From assembly GCA_964488165.1 (NCBI GenBank), contig CAZATU010000002.1, forward strand, positions 137,334 to 201,333: a DNA stretch of 64,000 nt, given 5' to 3'. This DNA is from an uncultured Candidatus Peribacteria bacterium. GTDB taxonomy: Bacteria; Patescibacteriota; Gracilibacteria; Peribacterales; Peribacteraceae. The translations under genes and the position numbers were made by a program. Below, in pieces: positions 36,591 to 44,508 of this stretch. Numbering within the stretch: the stretch's first letter is position 1; every line of letters begins with the position of its first letter. The notes under the pieces were generated by a model, which saw only the letters and a program-made list of their open reading frames with translations, did no database searches and was not told the origin of the DNA.

Positions 36591-37028
36591 ATGCACAGCC
36601 AGTTTTCCGCCATCGGCACGCTGCGCGAGCATCGCCCCGTGGCGCTGATGAGGACCATGGGCGAGAATTTGCGGAATCTGGGCAATGAAGTGATCGACCC
36701 CGTGCGCGAAGCCGCAGAAAAGAAAGACGTGATCCAAGCGATCGGCGCCCCCGTTGCGGGAGCCGTGCGCCTTGTCATGAGCGGCCCCGACCACCTGTGG
36801 GCGGGCCTGTTCGATGAAAAGATCGAACCCACCAACGGCAGCCGCACCATGGACAGCATCGGGGAAACAGGCAAGAACCTGCTCACGTTCCACCCGATCC
36901 GTGCGCTCGTCCGCGCCCTCAAGATCCCCGGCGACGTGGTGGTGGATGTCACGGATGCCGCCTTCGCCTACCGCGGCTCCTCGCACTACCGCGCTTCGGC
37001 CGCAGCGGCTACCGATATGGCAGCCTAA
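36591..37028 (+). CDS. hypothetical protein
   Basis: High GC3 and normal composition, whereas the overlapping minus-strand ORFs are Arg/His-rich junk. Confidence 0.6.
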   Translation: MHSQFSAIGTLREHRPVALMRTMGENLRNLGNEVIDPVREAAEKKDVIQAIGAPVAGAVRLVMSGPDHLWAGLFDEKIEPTNGSRTMDSIGETGKNLLTFHPIRALVRALKIPGDVVVDVTDAAFAYRGSSHYRASAAAATDMAA

Positions 37029-37244
37029 TCGTGCATCTCGATGAATCCCCTTTTGCGCTGCTGGAACACACCTGGAACGCCGAGGTTGGTTCAACAACGG
37101 TTGGAGCAGTTGCCGTGAATGGCATCGTGCTTCTGGGCGCTGCGGCGCTGGCATTCGCCGGTATCCGCTGGGCCTTCGGCAAAGCGCTGGGCACGGGCAA
37201 CTGAACATCGCCTCGCAGAGGGTTTTCTGCTAGAATGAGGGGAA

Positions 37245-37553
37245 ATGCCGCTACCCGGAGCACCAACTTCCTTGCCGCTTCCCCCACCCGGCCCCGTGCT
37301 GCCGGGGCAGCCGCCGATGCTGCCGACGGCACCGATGATGCTACAACAGCCGGACATGATCAGTCAGGCCGCGGCAACGCGCGTGCAGTACATGAACGCG
37401 ATGCTACAGCGACCTGGTGTACTGCAAACAATGGCGAGCAGCGGCATCAATATCCTGAAAACTATCGCGCCCGTCGCCGGAATGCTGCTGCTCACCTGGA
37501 TTGGCATCAAGACGATCCTTGGGCAGCCGCCGAAGTTTTTGAGTGGGAAGTAA
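37245..37553 (+). CDS. small Pro-rich protein with C-terminal TM helix
   Basis: MPLPGAPTSLPLPPPGPVLPGQPP... then ILKTIAPVAGMLLLTWIGI. TGCTAGAAT and a GAGGGG Shine-Dalgarno-like sequence just upstream. Confidence 0.5.
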   Translation: MPLPGAPTSLPLPPPGPVLPGQPPMLPTAPMMLQQPDMISQAAATRVQYMNAMLQRPGVLQTMASSGINILKTIAPVAGMLLLTWIGIKTILGQPPKFLSGK

Positions 37554-37578
37554 GCTTTGTGTGCCCTGGCGATATCCA

Positions 37579-38107
37579 AAATCTTCGACCTCTCGTGTCT
37601 CGCTTGAGCAACCGTCAGGGGGCTTATTTCCACCTTTTCCAACGCGGCAAAGGTGGAGCCAAAACGCTGGCCGTCAAAGCCCCCACTCCGCTTGCGGCAC
37701 CACCCCCGGCGTTGACGGCGCACCACCCCAAGAGAGCATCGCCGCCTACCGTTGTCCTAGGTATACAGATCACGAGAAAGTAGAGCGGGAGGGCCGCCGG
37801 GCTGCTCCATCGCGAAGGACTCCTCGAACGTCCGAAGCGGGAGGAGGTTTTCCTGGAACCAGATCTTCTTCCTCAGGGCATCGTGGCGCGGTTCCGCCGC
37901 CACGGGGGGTGTAAGGGGTAGCCCCGCCGTGTCGTGGCACAGCGAGTTGAGCTGCGGCAACGAGACGAGGAGGCAAGCGGGAAGCCTTGGACCGCTTGTC
38001 GACGAGGCCCGGGGCGGTGCGGAGTGTGCACTTGGCGGCGGAGACTTTTCTTTCGCCGGTTTCTTTGTGTGGTGACAAAGAAATCGGCACACTTCGTCTT
38101 TTCTAAA
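37579..38107 (+). repeat. structured non-coding repeat family, copy B
   Basis: Collinear with copy A over its full length except a ~75-nt deletion inside one helix. Shares an extra 5' segment (ctctcgtgtctcgcttgagcaaccgtcaggggg) with copy C. Confidence 0.85.
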
Positions 38108-38183
38108 AAAGTGAGAATTGCTTTCTCTTTGAATAGCAAAGAAACCAGCATTTCATCGCTTATGAAATACAGAGAAAAGAACC

Positions 38184-38208
38184 AAAAAAAGCGCCCCTTG
38201 CGGAGCGC
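38184..38208 (-). terminator. intrinsic terminator of pnp
   Basis: Minus strand GCGCUCC-GCAA-GGGGCGC followed by U7, 22 nt after the pnp stop. Confidence 0.8.
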
Positions 38209-38229
38209 TTTCTTCAACAACACGAGAAT

Positions 38230-40455
38230 TTATCGACGGAAACCGCCTCCACGCGGAGGCCCACGATGTCCGCCGCCAAAGCCGCCGGGGCGCGGTCCGC
38301 GGGGGGCCGGCTCGGGCATGCCTTCGGGGCGCGGCGTCATCTGCTTGAGCGAGAGGCGCGTCTTGCCTTCGGCTGCGTCGTACTCAACACACATGGCATC
38401 GACTTCCTGGCCGAGCTGCACGACGTCCTCCACCTGCTCCGTGCGCTGCCACTGGAGCTCGCTGATGTGGATCATGCCGTCCTTGCCCTTGAGGAATTCG
38501 GCGATGGCGCCCACGCCCGGGATGATACGAACGACTTTGCAGTGGTACACCTTGCCCACTTCGGGCTTGGCGACGATGCCTTCGATCCATTCCTTGGCCT
38601 TCTTCATCGCCTCGCCATTGGCGGTGGTGATGAACACGAGGCCGCTGTCTTCGATATCGATCTCGGCGCCGGTTTCCTTGGTGATCTTCTGGATGGTTTC
38701 GCCACCCTTGCCGATAACCAAGCGAATGTCGTCGGGGTGCACCTGCACCGTTTCGATGCGGGGGGCGTACGGCGACATCGCGTCGCGCGGGCGGTCGATC
38801 ACCGCGAGCATCTTCTGGAGAATCTGCATGCGGCCCTGCTTCGAGCGCTCCAGCGCGTCGGCGAAGACAGAATCGGGCAAGCCCTTGATCTTGATATCCA
38901 TCTGAATAGCCGTGATACCGTTGCGGGTGCCACCGACCTTGAAGTCCATATCGCCGCCGAAGTCCTCCTCATCCTGCAGGTCGCTCAGCACGATGTATTT
39001 GTTCTTCTCTTCATCAGAGACGAGGCCGAGCGCGATGCCCGCGACGGGCTCGAGAATCGGCACACCGGCCGCCATGAGCGCGAGGGTGGAGCCGCAGGTC
39101 GCCGCCATGGACGAGCTGCCGTTGCTCTCGAGGATTTCGGTGACTGTGCGGATCGTGTAGGGGAATTTCTCCTCCTCAGGAAGCACGGGCTCCAGCGCGC
39201 GCTGCGCCAGGTTGCCGTGGCCGATCTCGCGGTTACCCACGAAGAGGCGGTTGCTGGTCTCCCCCACCGAGAACGGCGGGAAGTTGTAGTGATGCATGTA
39301 GCGAAGGTTGTGCTCGCCATCCATGCCTTCGACCAACTGCTTGTCGCCGGGCGAACCGAGCGTGCAGGTCGTAAGTCCCTGGGTTTCGCCGCGCTGGAAG
39401 AGTGCGGAACCGTGGACGCGGTTGGGCAACACGTCGAGCATGACAGAGATGTCGCGGATTTCATCGACCTTGCGACCGCTCATGCGCGTGCCTTCCTCGA
39501 GAATCAGGCGGCGCATTTCTCCTTTGACGACCTTATCGACGAGCTGGCCGCCCTTGGCGTAGAGCGCGGTTGCTTCATCTTCCTTGCCTGCCACAACGGG
39601 GAACTGCTCCTTGAGCTTCGCCTTGGCCTCATCCATCAATTTGGTGAAGATGGCGCGGCGCGTAAGCTTGGGCATCGGCGTCTTGATGGCCTTGGAAATC
39701 TCCGGAAGCGCCCATGCCTTGATGAAGGCGTACGCCTCGTCGTTGCTGAAGGCGGCGGGGGCTTCGAACTTGGGCTTACCGATTTCCTTCTGGATACCAG
39801 CGAAGAACGTGGCGACCTTCTGGGCCCACTTCTTGCCGAATTCGATGGCACGGAGCACTTGTTCCTCGGGCACCTGCTTGGCACCGGCTTCGATCATCAC
39901 GACGCGCTCGAGCGATGCCGTGACGTACATCGTGAGGTCGGACTTCGTGCGCGCTTCGCGGGACGGGTTCAAGACGAGCTCTCCGCCGATGAGACCCACG
40001 CACACCGTGCCCAGAGGGCCGTCGCAGGGGCAATCGGAGAGCGCCACCGAGAGATTAGCGGCGTTGGCGGCAACGACATCGTGCTCATGCTCGAAGTCGT
40101 AGCTTAAGACCGTGGCGAACACCTGGATGTCGTTGTGCAGGTGCTTGGGGAACATCGGGCGCAGGCCGCGGTCGATGACGCGAGCAAGCAGCACGTAGTC
40201 GTCGGATGGGCGACCCTCGCGCTTGCGGAAGCGGCTACCGGCGATCTTGCCTCCGGCGTAGTACTTTTCCTGATACACAACCTGCAGCGGCAGGAAGTCG
40301 ACCGTTTCTCGCGCTTTGGCGCTGACCGTGCAGTTGCCCATGCACACCGTGTCGCCGATCTGAGCGACGACCGACGCGTTGGCCTGGGTAGCCAGCTGAC
40401 CGGTTTTGACAATGAGGCGCTCGCTGCCGAGCTCCAAGGAATATTCCTTCAACAT
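38230..40455 (-). CDS. pnp: polyribonucleotide nucleotidyltransferase (PNPase) with RGG-rich tail
   Basis: Two RNase PH domains, KH (IGKGGETIQKITKETGAEIDI), S1 (GKVYHCKVVRIIPGVGAIAEF), C-terminal PRGPRPGGFGGGHRGPPRGGGFRR. Confidence 0.97.
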   Translation of the reverse strand: MLKEYSLELGSERLIVKTGQLATQANASVVAQIGDTVCMGNCTVSAKARETVDFLPLQVVYQEKYYAGGKIAGSRFRKREGRPSDDYVLLARVIDRGLRPMFPKHLHNDIQVFATVLSYDFEHEHDVVAANAANLSVALSDCPCDGPLGTVCVGLIGGELVLNPSREARTKSDLTMYVTASLERVVMIEAGAKQVPEEQVLRAIEFGKKWAQKVATFFAGIQKEIGKPKFEAPAAFSNDEAYAFIKAWALPEISKAIKTPMPKLTRRAIFTKLMDEAKAKLKEQFPVVAGKEDEATALYAKGGQLVDKVVKGEMRRLILEEGTRMSGRKVDEIRDISVMLDVLPNRVHGSALFQRGETQGLTTCTLGSPGDKQLVEGMDGEHNLRYMHHYNFPPFSVGETSNRLFVGNREIGHGNLAQRALEPVLPEEEKFPYTIRTVTEILESNGSSSMAATCGSTLALMAAGVPILEPVAGIALGLVSDEEKNKYIVLSDLQDEEDFGGDMDFKVGGTRNGITAIQMDIKIKGLPDSVFADALERSKQGRMQILQKMLAVIDRPRDAMSPYAPRIETVQVHPDDIRLVIGKGGETIQKITKETGAEIDIEDSGLVFITTANGEAMKKAKEWIEGIVAKPEVGKVYHCKVVRIIPGVGAIAEFLKGKDGMIHISELQWQRTEQVEDVVQLGQEVDAMCVEYDAAEGKTRLSLKQMTPRPEGMPEPAPRGPRPGGFGGGHRGPPRGGGFRR

Positions 40456-40617
40456 AAGAGAGGGGGTAAGAAAGCGTTTCGCTCACCCTCTCGGAGGATT
40501 CACACGTCAGAGCCGCAAAAGCGGCGCTGGCACGTAAATCCAAGAGGAGTGCGAGAAAAACGAGAAAGAACTGGACAGAGCCTACGCTCCACACGTACAA
40601 AATACCAGAACAGATTC

Positions 40618-40651
40618 TTGACAAAATACAATAAATTCGCTATCTTGTCAA
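40618..40651 (+). promoter_or_regulatory. promoter with overlapping inverted repeat
   Basis: TTGACA-17 nt-TATCTT. TTGACAA (40618-24) and TTGTCAA (40645-51) form an inverted repeat covering the -35 and -10 elements. Confidence 0.5.
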
Positions 40652-40877
40652 AGATACCTGTCTACGCTCTTTGCGCACCATCGGTGCGCGGTGACGGACG
40701 ACACTCAGAAACACGCACGGAACCGATCGTCGTACCGACACTGCGCTACCGCCCTTACCAGCGGTGTGTTCAAACACCGCGCCCTTCCCGTGGATTCTTC
40801 TGCGGTCGGGCGCAGAGGACACACCACGCCGTGAGGGCGGGCTACAACATCACTCATTCTGACGAAAGAGGTGCTCT

Positions 40878-41348
40878 ATGGGTGGCGGTCTCAACCCCAT
40901 CCCCCGCTGGTTCGCGGCCGCGCTGCTGCCGATGATGCTGCTCGCAGTGTTCATCGGTCTGACGCTCGACCCCAAGGCCAGCAACGTCCGCGCTCAGGAG
41001 AGCAAGGACAAGAAGGACGTCCCGGCCGAAAAGAAGGAAACCCCGAAGAAGCTGGAGATCGACCCGCTGAAGATCGTGATTCTGCAGCAGAAGGGCAACG
41101 ACGTGCGCATCATGATTCCGAAGGGTCTCGCGTACGAGGCCAAGGAGTCGCAGTGGATCAAGGTCAAACCGAAACTCGAAGACGGTGGTGAGGGTTGGAC
41201 CCTCATCCGTCTCGACAACGGCAAGACCCCACTGAAGGCGTGCGTCACCTACGAGGGCGGCACGAAGATGACGCTCACCCTCGCAGGTGTCCGAGAGAAG
41301 TACCTCATGATCGGCCTGCCGGAAGGCTACTTCTCGACGTACAAGTGA
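40878..41348 (+). CDS. membrane-anchored/secreted hypothetical protein
   Basis: N-terminal TM WFAAALLPMMLLAVFIGL, a Lys/Glu-rich linker, then a beta-rich domain. Confidence 0.65.
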   Translation: MGGGLNPIPRWFAAALLPMMLLAVFIGLTLDPKASNVRAQESKDKKDVPAEKKETPKKLEIDPLKIVILQQKGNDVRIMIPKGLAYEAKESQWIKVKPKLEDGGEGWTLIRLDNGKTPLKACVTYEGGTKMTLTLAGVREKYLMIGLPEGYFSTYK

Positions 41349-41376
41349 GTGACTAGTCGCTAGCACCCACGGCATT

Positions 41377-41406
41377 CCAGCCCTATCCCCCGACGGATAG
41401 GGCTGG
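41377..41406 (+). terminator. intrinsic terminator
   Basis: CCAGCCCTATCC-CCCGAC-GGATAGGGCTGG, a perfect 12-bp stem followed by a T-rich tract. Confidence 0.75.
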
Positions 41407-41439
41407 TTGCTGATATTCTATTTTTGAGAAGCAAAGACG

Positions 41440-41925
41440 TTTCCCACTTTTTTAGAAAAAGTGGGAGGAAAAAGCGTCGCTGAAGAAGACCTTCTGCGGT
41501 GTTCTCCGTGTGCTCGCTACGCAGGCAGGCTCCTCGCTTTCTCTGGAAAGCTCGTCAAACAGGTGCCTGCGCTTCACGCTGCGCTCACGGACACCGCAAC
41601 GAACGTCTTCTAGGCGACACGAGGGAACGACGGTTTGAGGAGGCAGGCCGTGTTGCAGCAACACTTCCTCCCGCTTCGAATGTTCGAGGAGTTCTTCGTG
41701 ATGGAGCAGCCCGGCGGCTCTCCCGCTCTGTTTCCTTCCGATGTGTATACCTAGGAGAGCAGTAGGCGGCGATGCTCTCCTGGGGTGGCCCGCCGTCAAC
41801 GCCGGGGGTGGTGCCGCAAGCGGAGTGGGGGCTTTGACGGCCAGCGTTTTGGCTCCACCTTTGCCGCGCTGGAAAAGGTGGAAAAGCCTAAGCCCCCTGA
41901 CGGTTGCTCAAGCGAGACACGAGAG
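41440..41925 (-). repeat. structured non-coding repeat family, copy C (inverted orientation)
   Basis: The reverse complement shares the 5' segment and ~225 nt with copies A/B. The 3' half is different sequence but ends in the same TTTTCTAAAAAAGTGGGAAA motif, here part of the hairpin CCCACTTTTT-CT-AAAAAGTGGG. Confidence 0.85.
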
Positions 41926-42042
41926 ATCAGAGGGGGTTGACGTGACCACAAGGAAATCAGCATGTCTCGCCATGAAAAATCCATTTGCATACAATCACTC
42001 CAATGTACTATCGTACCAGTACATTAGTACATTCCCCCCACT

Positions 42043-42411
42043 ATGGAACACATCAACGCCGGTGAAACCGATATCGAAACTCCCCAGGAACCCACAGCAG
42101 TCGCAACCCAGCTCCACACCACCGCAACCCAAGCCCGAACACTGCTCAGCAGCACCCAAATCGACGCTGCCCAAGGCTACGGCGCCAGTTACCACCCGCT
42201 CACGGGCGACATGCTGGTGGGGCTGCGCTTCGATCCGGCGACTGGCCGCTTCCTCAAAACCACGACAGCCGTGGGATTCGGCGAAAGCAGCGTGAAAACG
42301 AAGCAGCTCGACCGCATCGGCGACGGCGCAAGCCACGCGCTCGACGAACTGCCCCTCGCGCACTGGCTTTTCGACCCTCGCACGGGCGCAGCGCTCAAGC
42401 GCGCTTCTTGA
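42043..42411 (+). CDS. hypothetical protein
   Basis: Plausible codon usage; no family recognised. Confidence 0.5.
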   Translation: MEHINAGETDIETPQEPTAVATQLHTTATQARTLLSSTQIDAAQGYGASYHPLTGDMLVGLRFDPATGRFLKTTTAVGFGESSVKTKQLDRIGDGASHALDELPLAHWLFDPRTGAALKRAS

Positions 42412-42718
42412 GCCGCTTCTTCAGGAACGCCGCGAATCCCCCGCTGCCGTGCTGCAGCATGCGCGAGCCCCGCGTGACGGTGGCGATGCTCACGCCGAGC
42501 CGCTTGGCGATCTCGCGCTGAGGCATGCCGGAAGCCAGCATCTGCACCAGCTGCCAGCGCTCGGTGAAATGGTCGAGTTCCTGCGGCGTCAGTAAATCCT
42601 CCAGGAGCTGCCGGGCCTCTTTGGGCGAGTCGACAGACGCGATGAGATCGTAGAGGGCAGTGCGCTGGCGGGGCGTTGAGGGCATACGCCCCATCGTAGC
42701 AGCCCGGCGCCGAAACAA
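42395..42718 (-). CDS. TrpR-like YerC/YecD family DNA-binding protein
   Basis: LLTPQELDHFTERWQLVQMLASGMPQREIAKRLGVSIATVTRGSRML. The true start may be an internal Met (42694 or 42685). Confidence 0.8.
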   Translation of the reverse strand: MFRRRAATMGRMPSTPRQRTALYDLIASVDSPKEARQLLEDLLTPQELDHFTERWQLVQMLASGMPQREIAKRLGVSIATVTRGSRMLQHGSGGFAAFLKKRLKKRA

Positions 42719-42767
42719 AACGGACCCCGCTTGCGCAGGGCCCGGATCATCGTCGAGAAGACGGCGC

Positions 42768-43037
42768 TTACTTCTTCAGTTCGTGCGCCTCAAGCACCAC
42801 CTGGTACTCGGCGGGCTTGTTCATGCGCAGGTAGTTGAGCAGCTTGCGGCGGCTGGCGACCATGCCGAGAAGGCCGCGGCGTGCGGAGTGATCCTTCTTG
42901 TGGTCCTGGAGATGCTTGGTGAGCTCGGCGATCTGGATCGTGAGCAACGCGATCTGCACCTGGGGCGACCCGGTGTCTTTGCCGTGCGTCTGGTGCTTCT
43001 GGATGAGCTTCTTCTTCTTGGTGCGCTTGATGGACAT
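42768..43037 (-). CDS. rpsO: 30S ribosomal protein S15
   Basis: MSIKRTKKKKLIQKHQTHGKDTGSPQVQIALLTIQIAELTKHLQDHKKDHSARRGLLGMVASRRKLLNYL. Start set at the internal ATG 43037. Confidence 0.95.
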   Translation of the reverse strand: MSIKRTKKKKLIQKHQTHGKDTGSPQVQIALLTIQIAELTKHLQDHKKDHSARRGLLGMVASRRKLLNYLRMNKPAEYQVVLEAHELKK

Positions 43038-43194
43038 GAAAATGTGGGGGAACGCAGGAAGAGAGGCGCCGGGCGATGGGAGCGAATTCGCTTCCCGCAG
43101 CACGGACGCAACAGCCACAGTGTATGAATCGGGGTAAAAAAGGCAAGTCCTACGGAGTTTTCGGGGCTTTGGGAAGGCAAAAAAAGAACGCCGA

Positions 43195-43210
43195 GTAGAC
43201 GTTCGTCCAC
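43195..43210 (+). promoter_or_regulatory. second candidate SOS box upstream of rmuC-pcrA
   Basis: GTAGAC-GTTC-GTCCAC: 11 of 12 arm positions identical to the lexA-promoter palindrome. Overlaps a TAGACG-17 nt-TAGGAT promoter-like arrangement 45 nt before the rmuC ATG. Confidence 0.5.
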
Positions 43211-43254
43211 CATGGCGCTAGGATCGCATCGGCCACTGCTCTACCATCGCATCC

Positions 43255-44475
43255 ATGACGCCGCTGTACCTCCTCGCCGCCGCCGGTCTCTGCCTTCTCG
43301 GGTTCATCGCCTGGAAGGTTTCGACCGCAAAGAGCACCGGCGCGGACTCCCCCGAGCTCCAGCAGCGCATCGCCAAGCTCGAAGCGGCGCTCGACCAGAA
43401 AACGGGCGAGTGCGGCGAGCTCAAGAAGGCCGTGGAGACCGAGCGTGCCGAGAAGATCGAGCAGCAAGGCAAGGGCAAACAGCTCTTCGCGCAGCTCACG
43501 GAGGTGAAAGCCGAGCACGATCACCTGAAGAAAGAGCGCGACGCCCTGCAGAAATCCGTGAACAAGTACGAAGAGGCCGAAGCGCGCCAGCACAAAGAAT
43601 CCCAGGAGCGCATCACCAAGCTTGATGCGGCGCTGCGCGGCTTCGAGGATGAAAAGGCACGCGTGCGCCGCGAGGACGAGGCGAAGCTCCAGCGCGAAGA
43701 AGAAGAACGTGATCGCCTGTGGGCGGAGCACGAGACGAATGTCATCGCCACATTGAGCGAGCTCTGCAAAGTGCCGGAATACGCATTCTCGTCGTTTACG
43801 AATACGAACCTCCCCGACGGCTTCGAGGGCAGCCTCAAGCCGGACTTCATGATAGAATTCCTGGGGCAGTACGTCATTTTCGACGCCAAGGTTTCGAAGG
43901 CCGAGAGTTTGCAGACGTACATCAACGACGCCGTGAAGAAGACTGCCGAAAAAGTGAAGAAGAACGACAAAATCTTCCCGACGATCTTCCTCGTCGTGCC
44001 GTCTGCCGCGCTCGGCGAACTGAAGAAAACGTACTACCCCAAAGACGGCTTCACGTTCTTCGCCATCGGGCCGGAGGCGCTCGCGCCGATCCTCTACTGC
44101 TTCAAGCGCATCACGGCCTACGAGAAGATGGAAGCCATGGACCCCCAGCAGCGCGAAGGCATCGTGAACTTCATCGCCGACCTCGACGTGCACGTCAGCA
44201 TGCGCAACAGCATCGACGTGCTGATGACCAAGCAGGGCGTGGAGCTGCTCGATAAAACGACCAAGATCGACCCGGCGCTCGGCGAGGAGGTGGCCCGCAA
44301 GAAGCAGGAGAAGATCAAAAACCTGCCAACAATCATGAACAACGTGTTCAAGAAGCTGGTGGCAAGCACCGAAGAACAAGGCGAAGAAATCGAGAAGCTT
44401 GTTGCGCCGAAGGCTTCCGTGCAGCAGAAAGACCTGAACATGGCTCGTGAAACAGTGGTGCGAAAAATCCTCTGA
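43255..44475 (+). CDS. rmuC: DNA recombination protein RmuC-like (coiled coil plus PD-(D/E)xK-like nuclease)
   Basis: N-terminal TM, long Glu/Lys coiled coil, then LKPDFMIEFLGQYVIFDAKVSKAESLQTY, matching the RmuC PD..I...V.IDAK..L..Y pattern. Confidence 0.7.
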   Translation: MTPLYLLAAAGLCLLGFIAWKVSTAKSTGADSPELQQRIAKLEAALDQKTGECGELKKAVETERAEKIEQQGKGKQLFAQLTEVKAEHDHLKKERDALQKSVNKYEEAEARQHKESQERITKLDAALRGFEDEKARVRREDEAKLQREEEERDRLWAEHETNVIATLSELCKVPEYAFSSFTNTNLPDGFEGSLKPDFMIEFLGQYVIFDAKVSKAESLQTYINDAVKKTAEKVKKNDKIFPTIFLVVPSAALGELKKTYYPKDGFTFFAIGPEALAPILYCFKRITAYEKMEAMDPQQREGIVNFIADLDVHVSMRNSIDVLMTKQGVELLDKTTKIDPALGEEVARKKQEKIKNLPTIMNNVFKKLVASTEEQGEEIEKLVAPKASVQQKDLNMARETVVRKIL

Positions 44476-44508
44476 AATCCTTCTCGTTTCCGTCTACACT
44501 CTCGTCCC

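Noticed and set aside
37045-37205. Possible tiny ORFs between 37028 and 37245 (25-aa MNPLLRCW...; ~29-aa hydrophobic VNGIVLLGAAALAFAGIRWAFGKALGTGN)
   Set aside because: They are below any reliable coding threshold, have no clear start or Shine-Dalgarno sequence, and cannot be supported from a single sequence.
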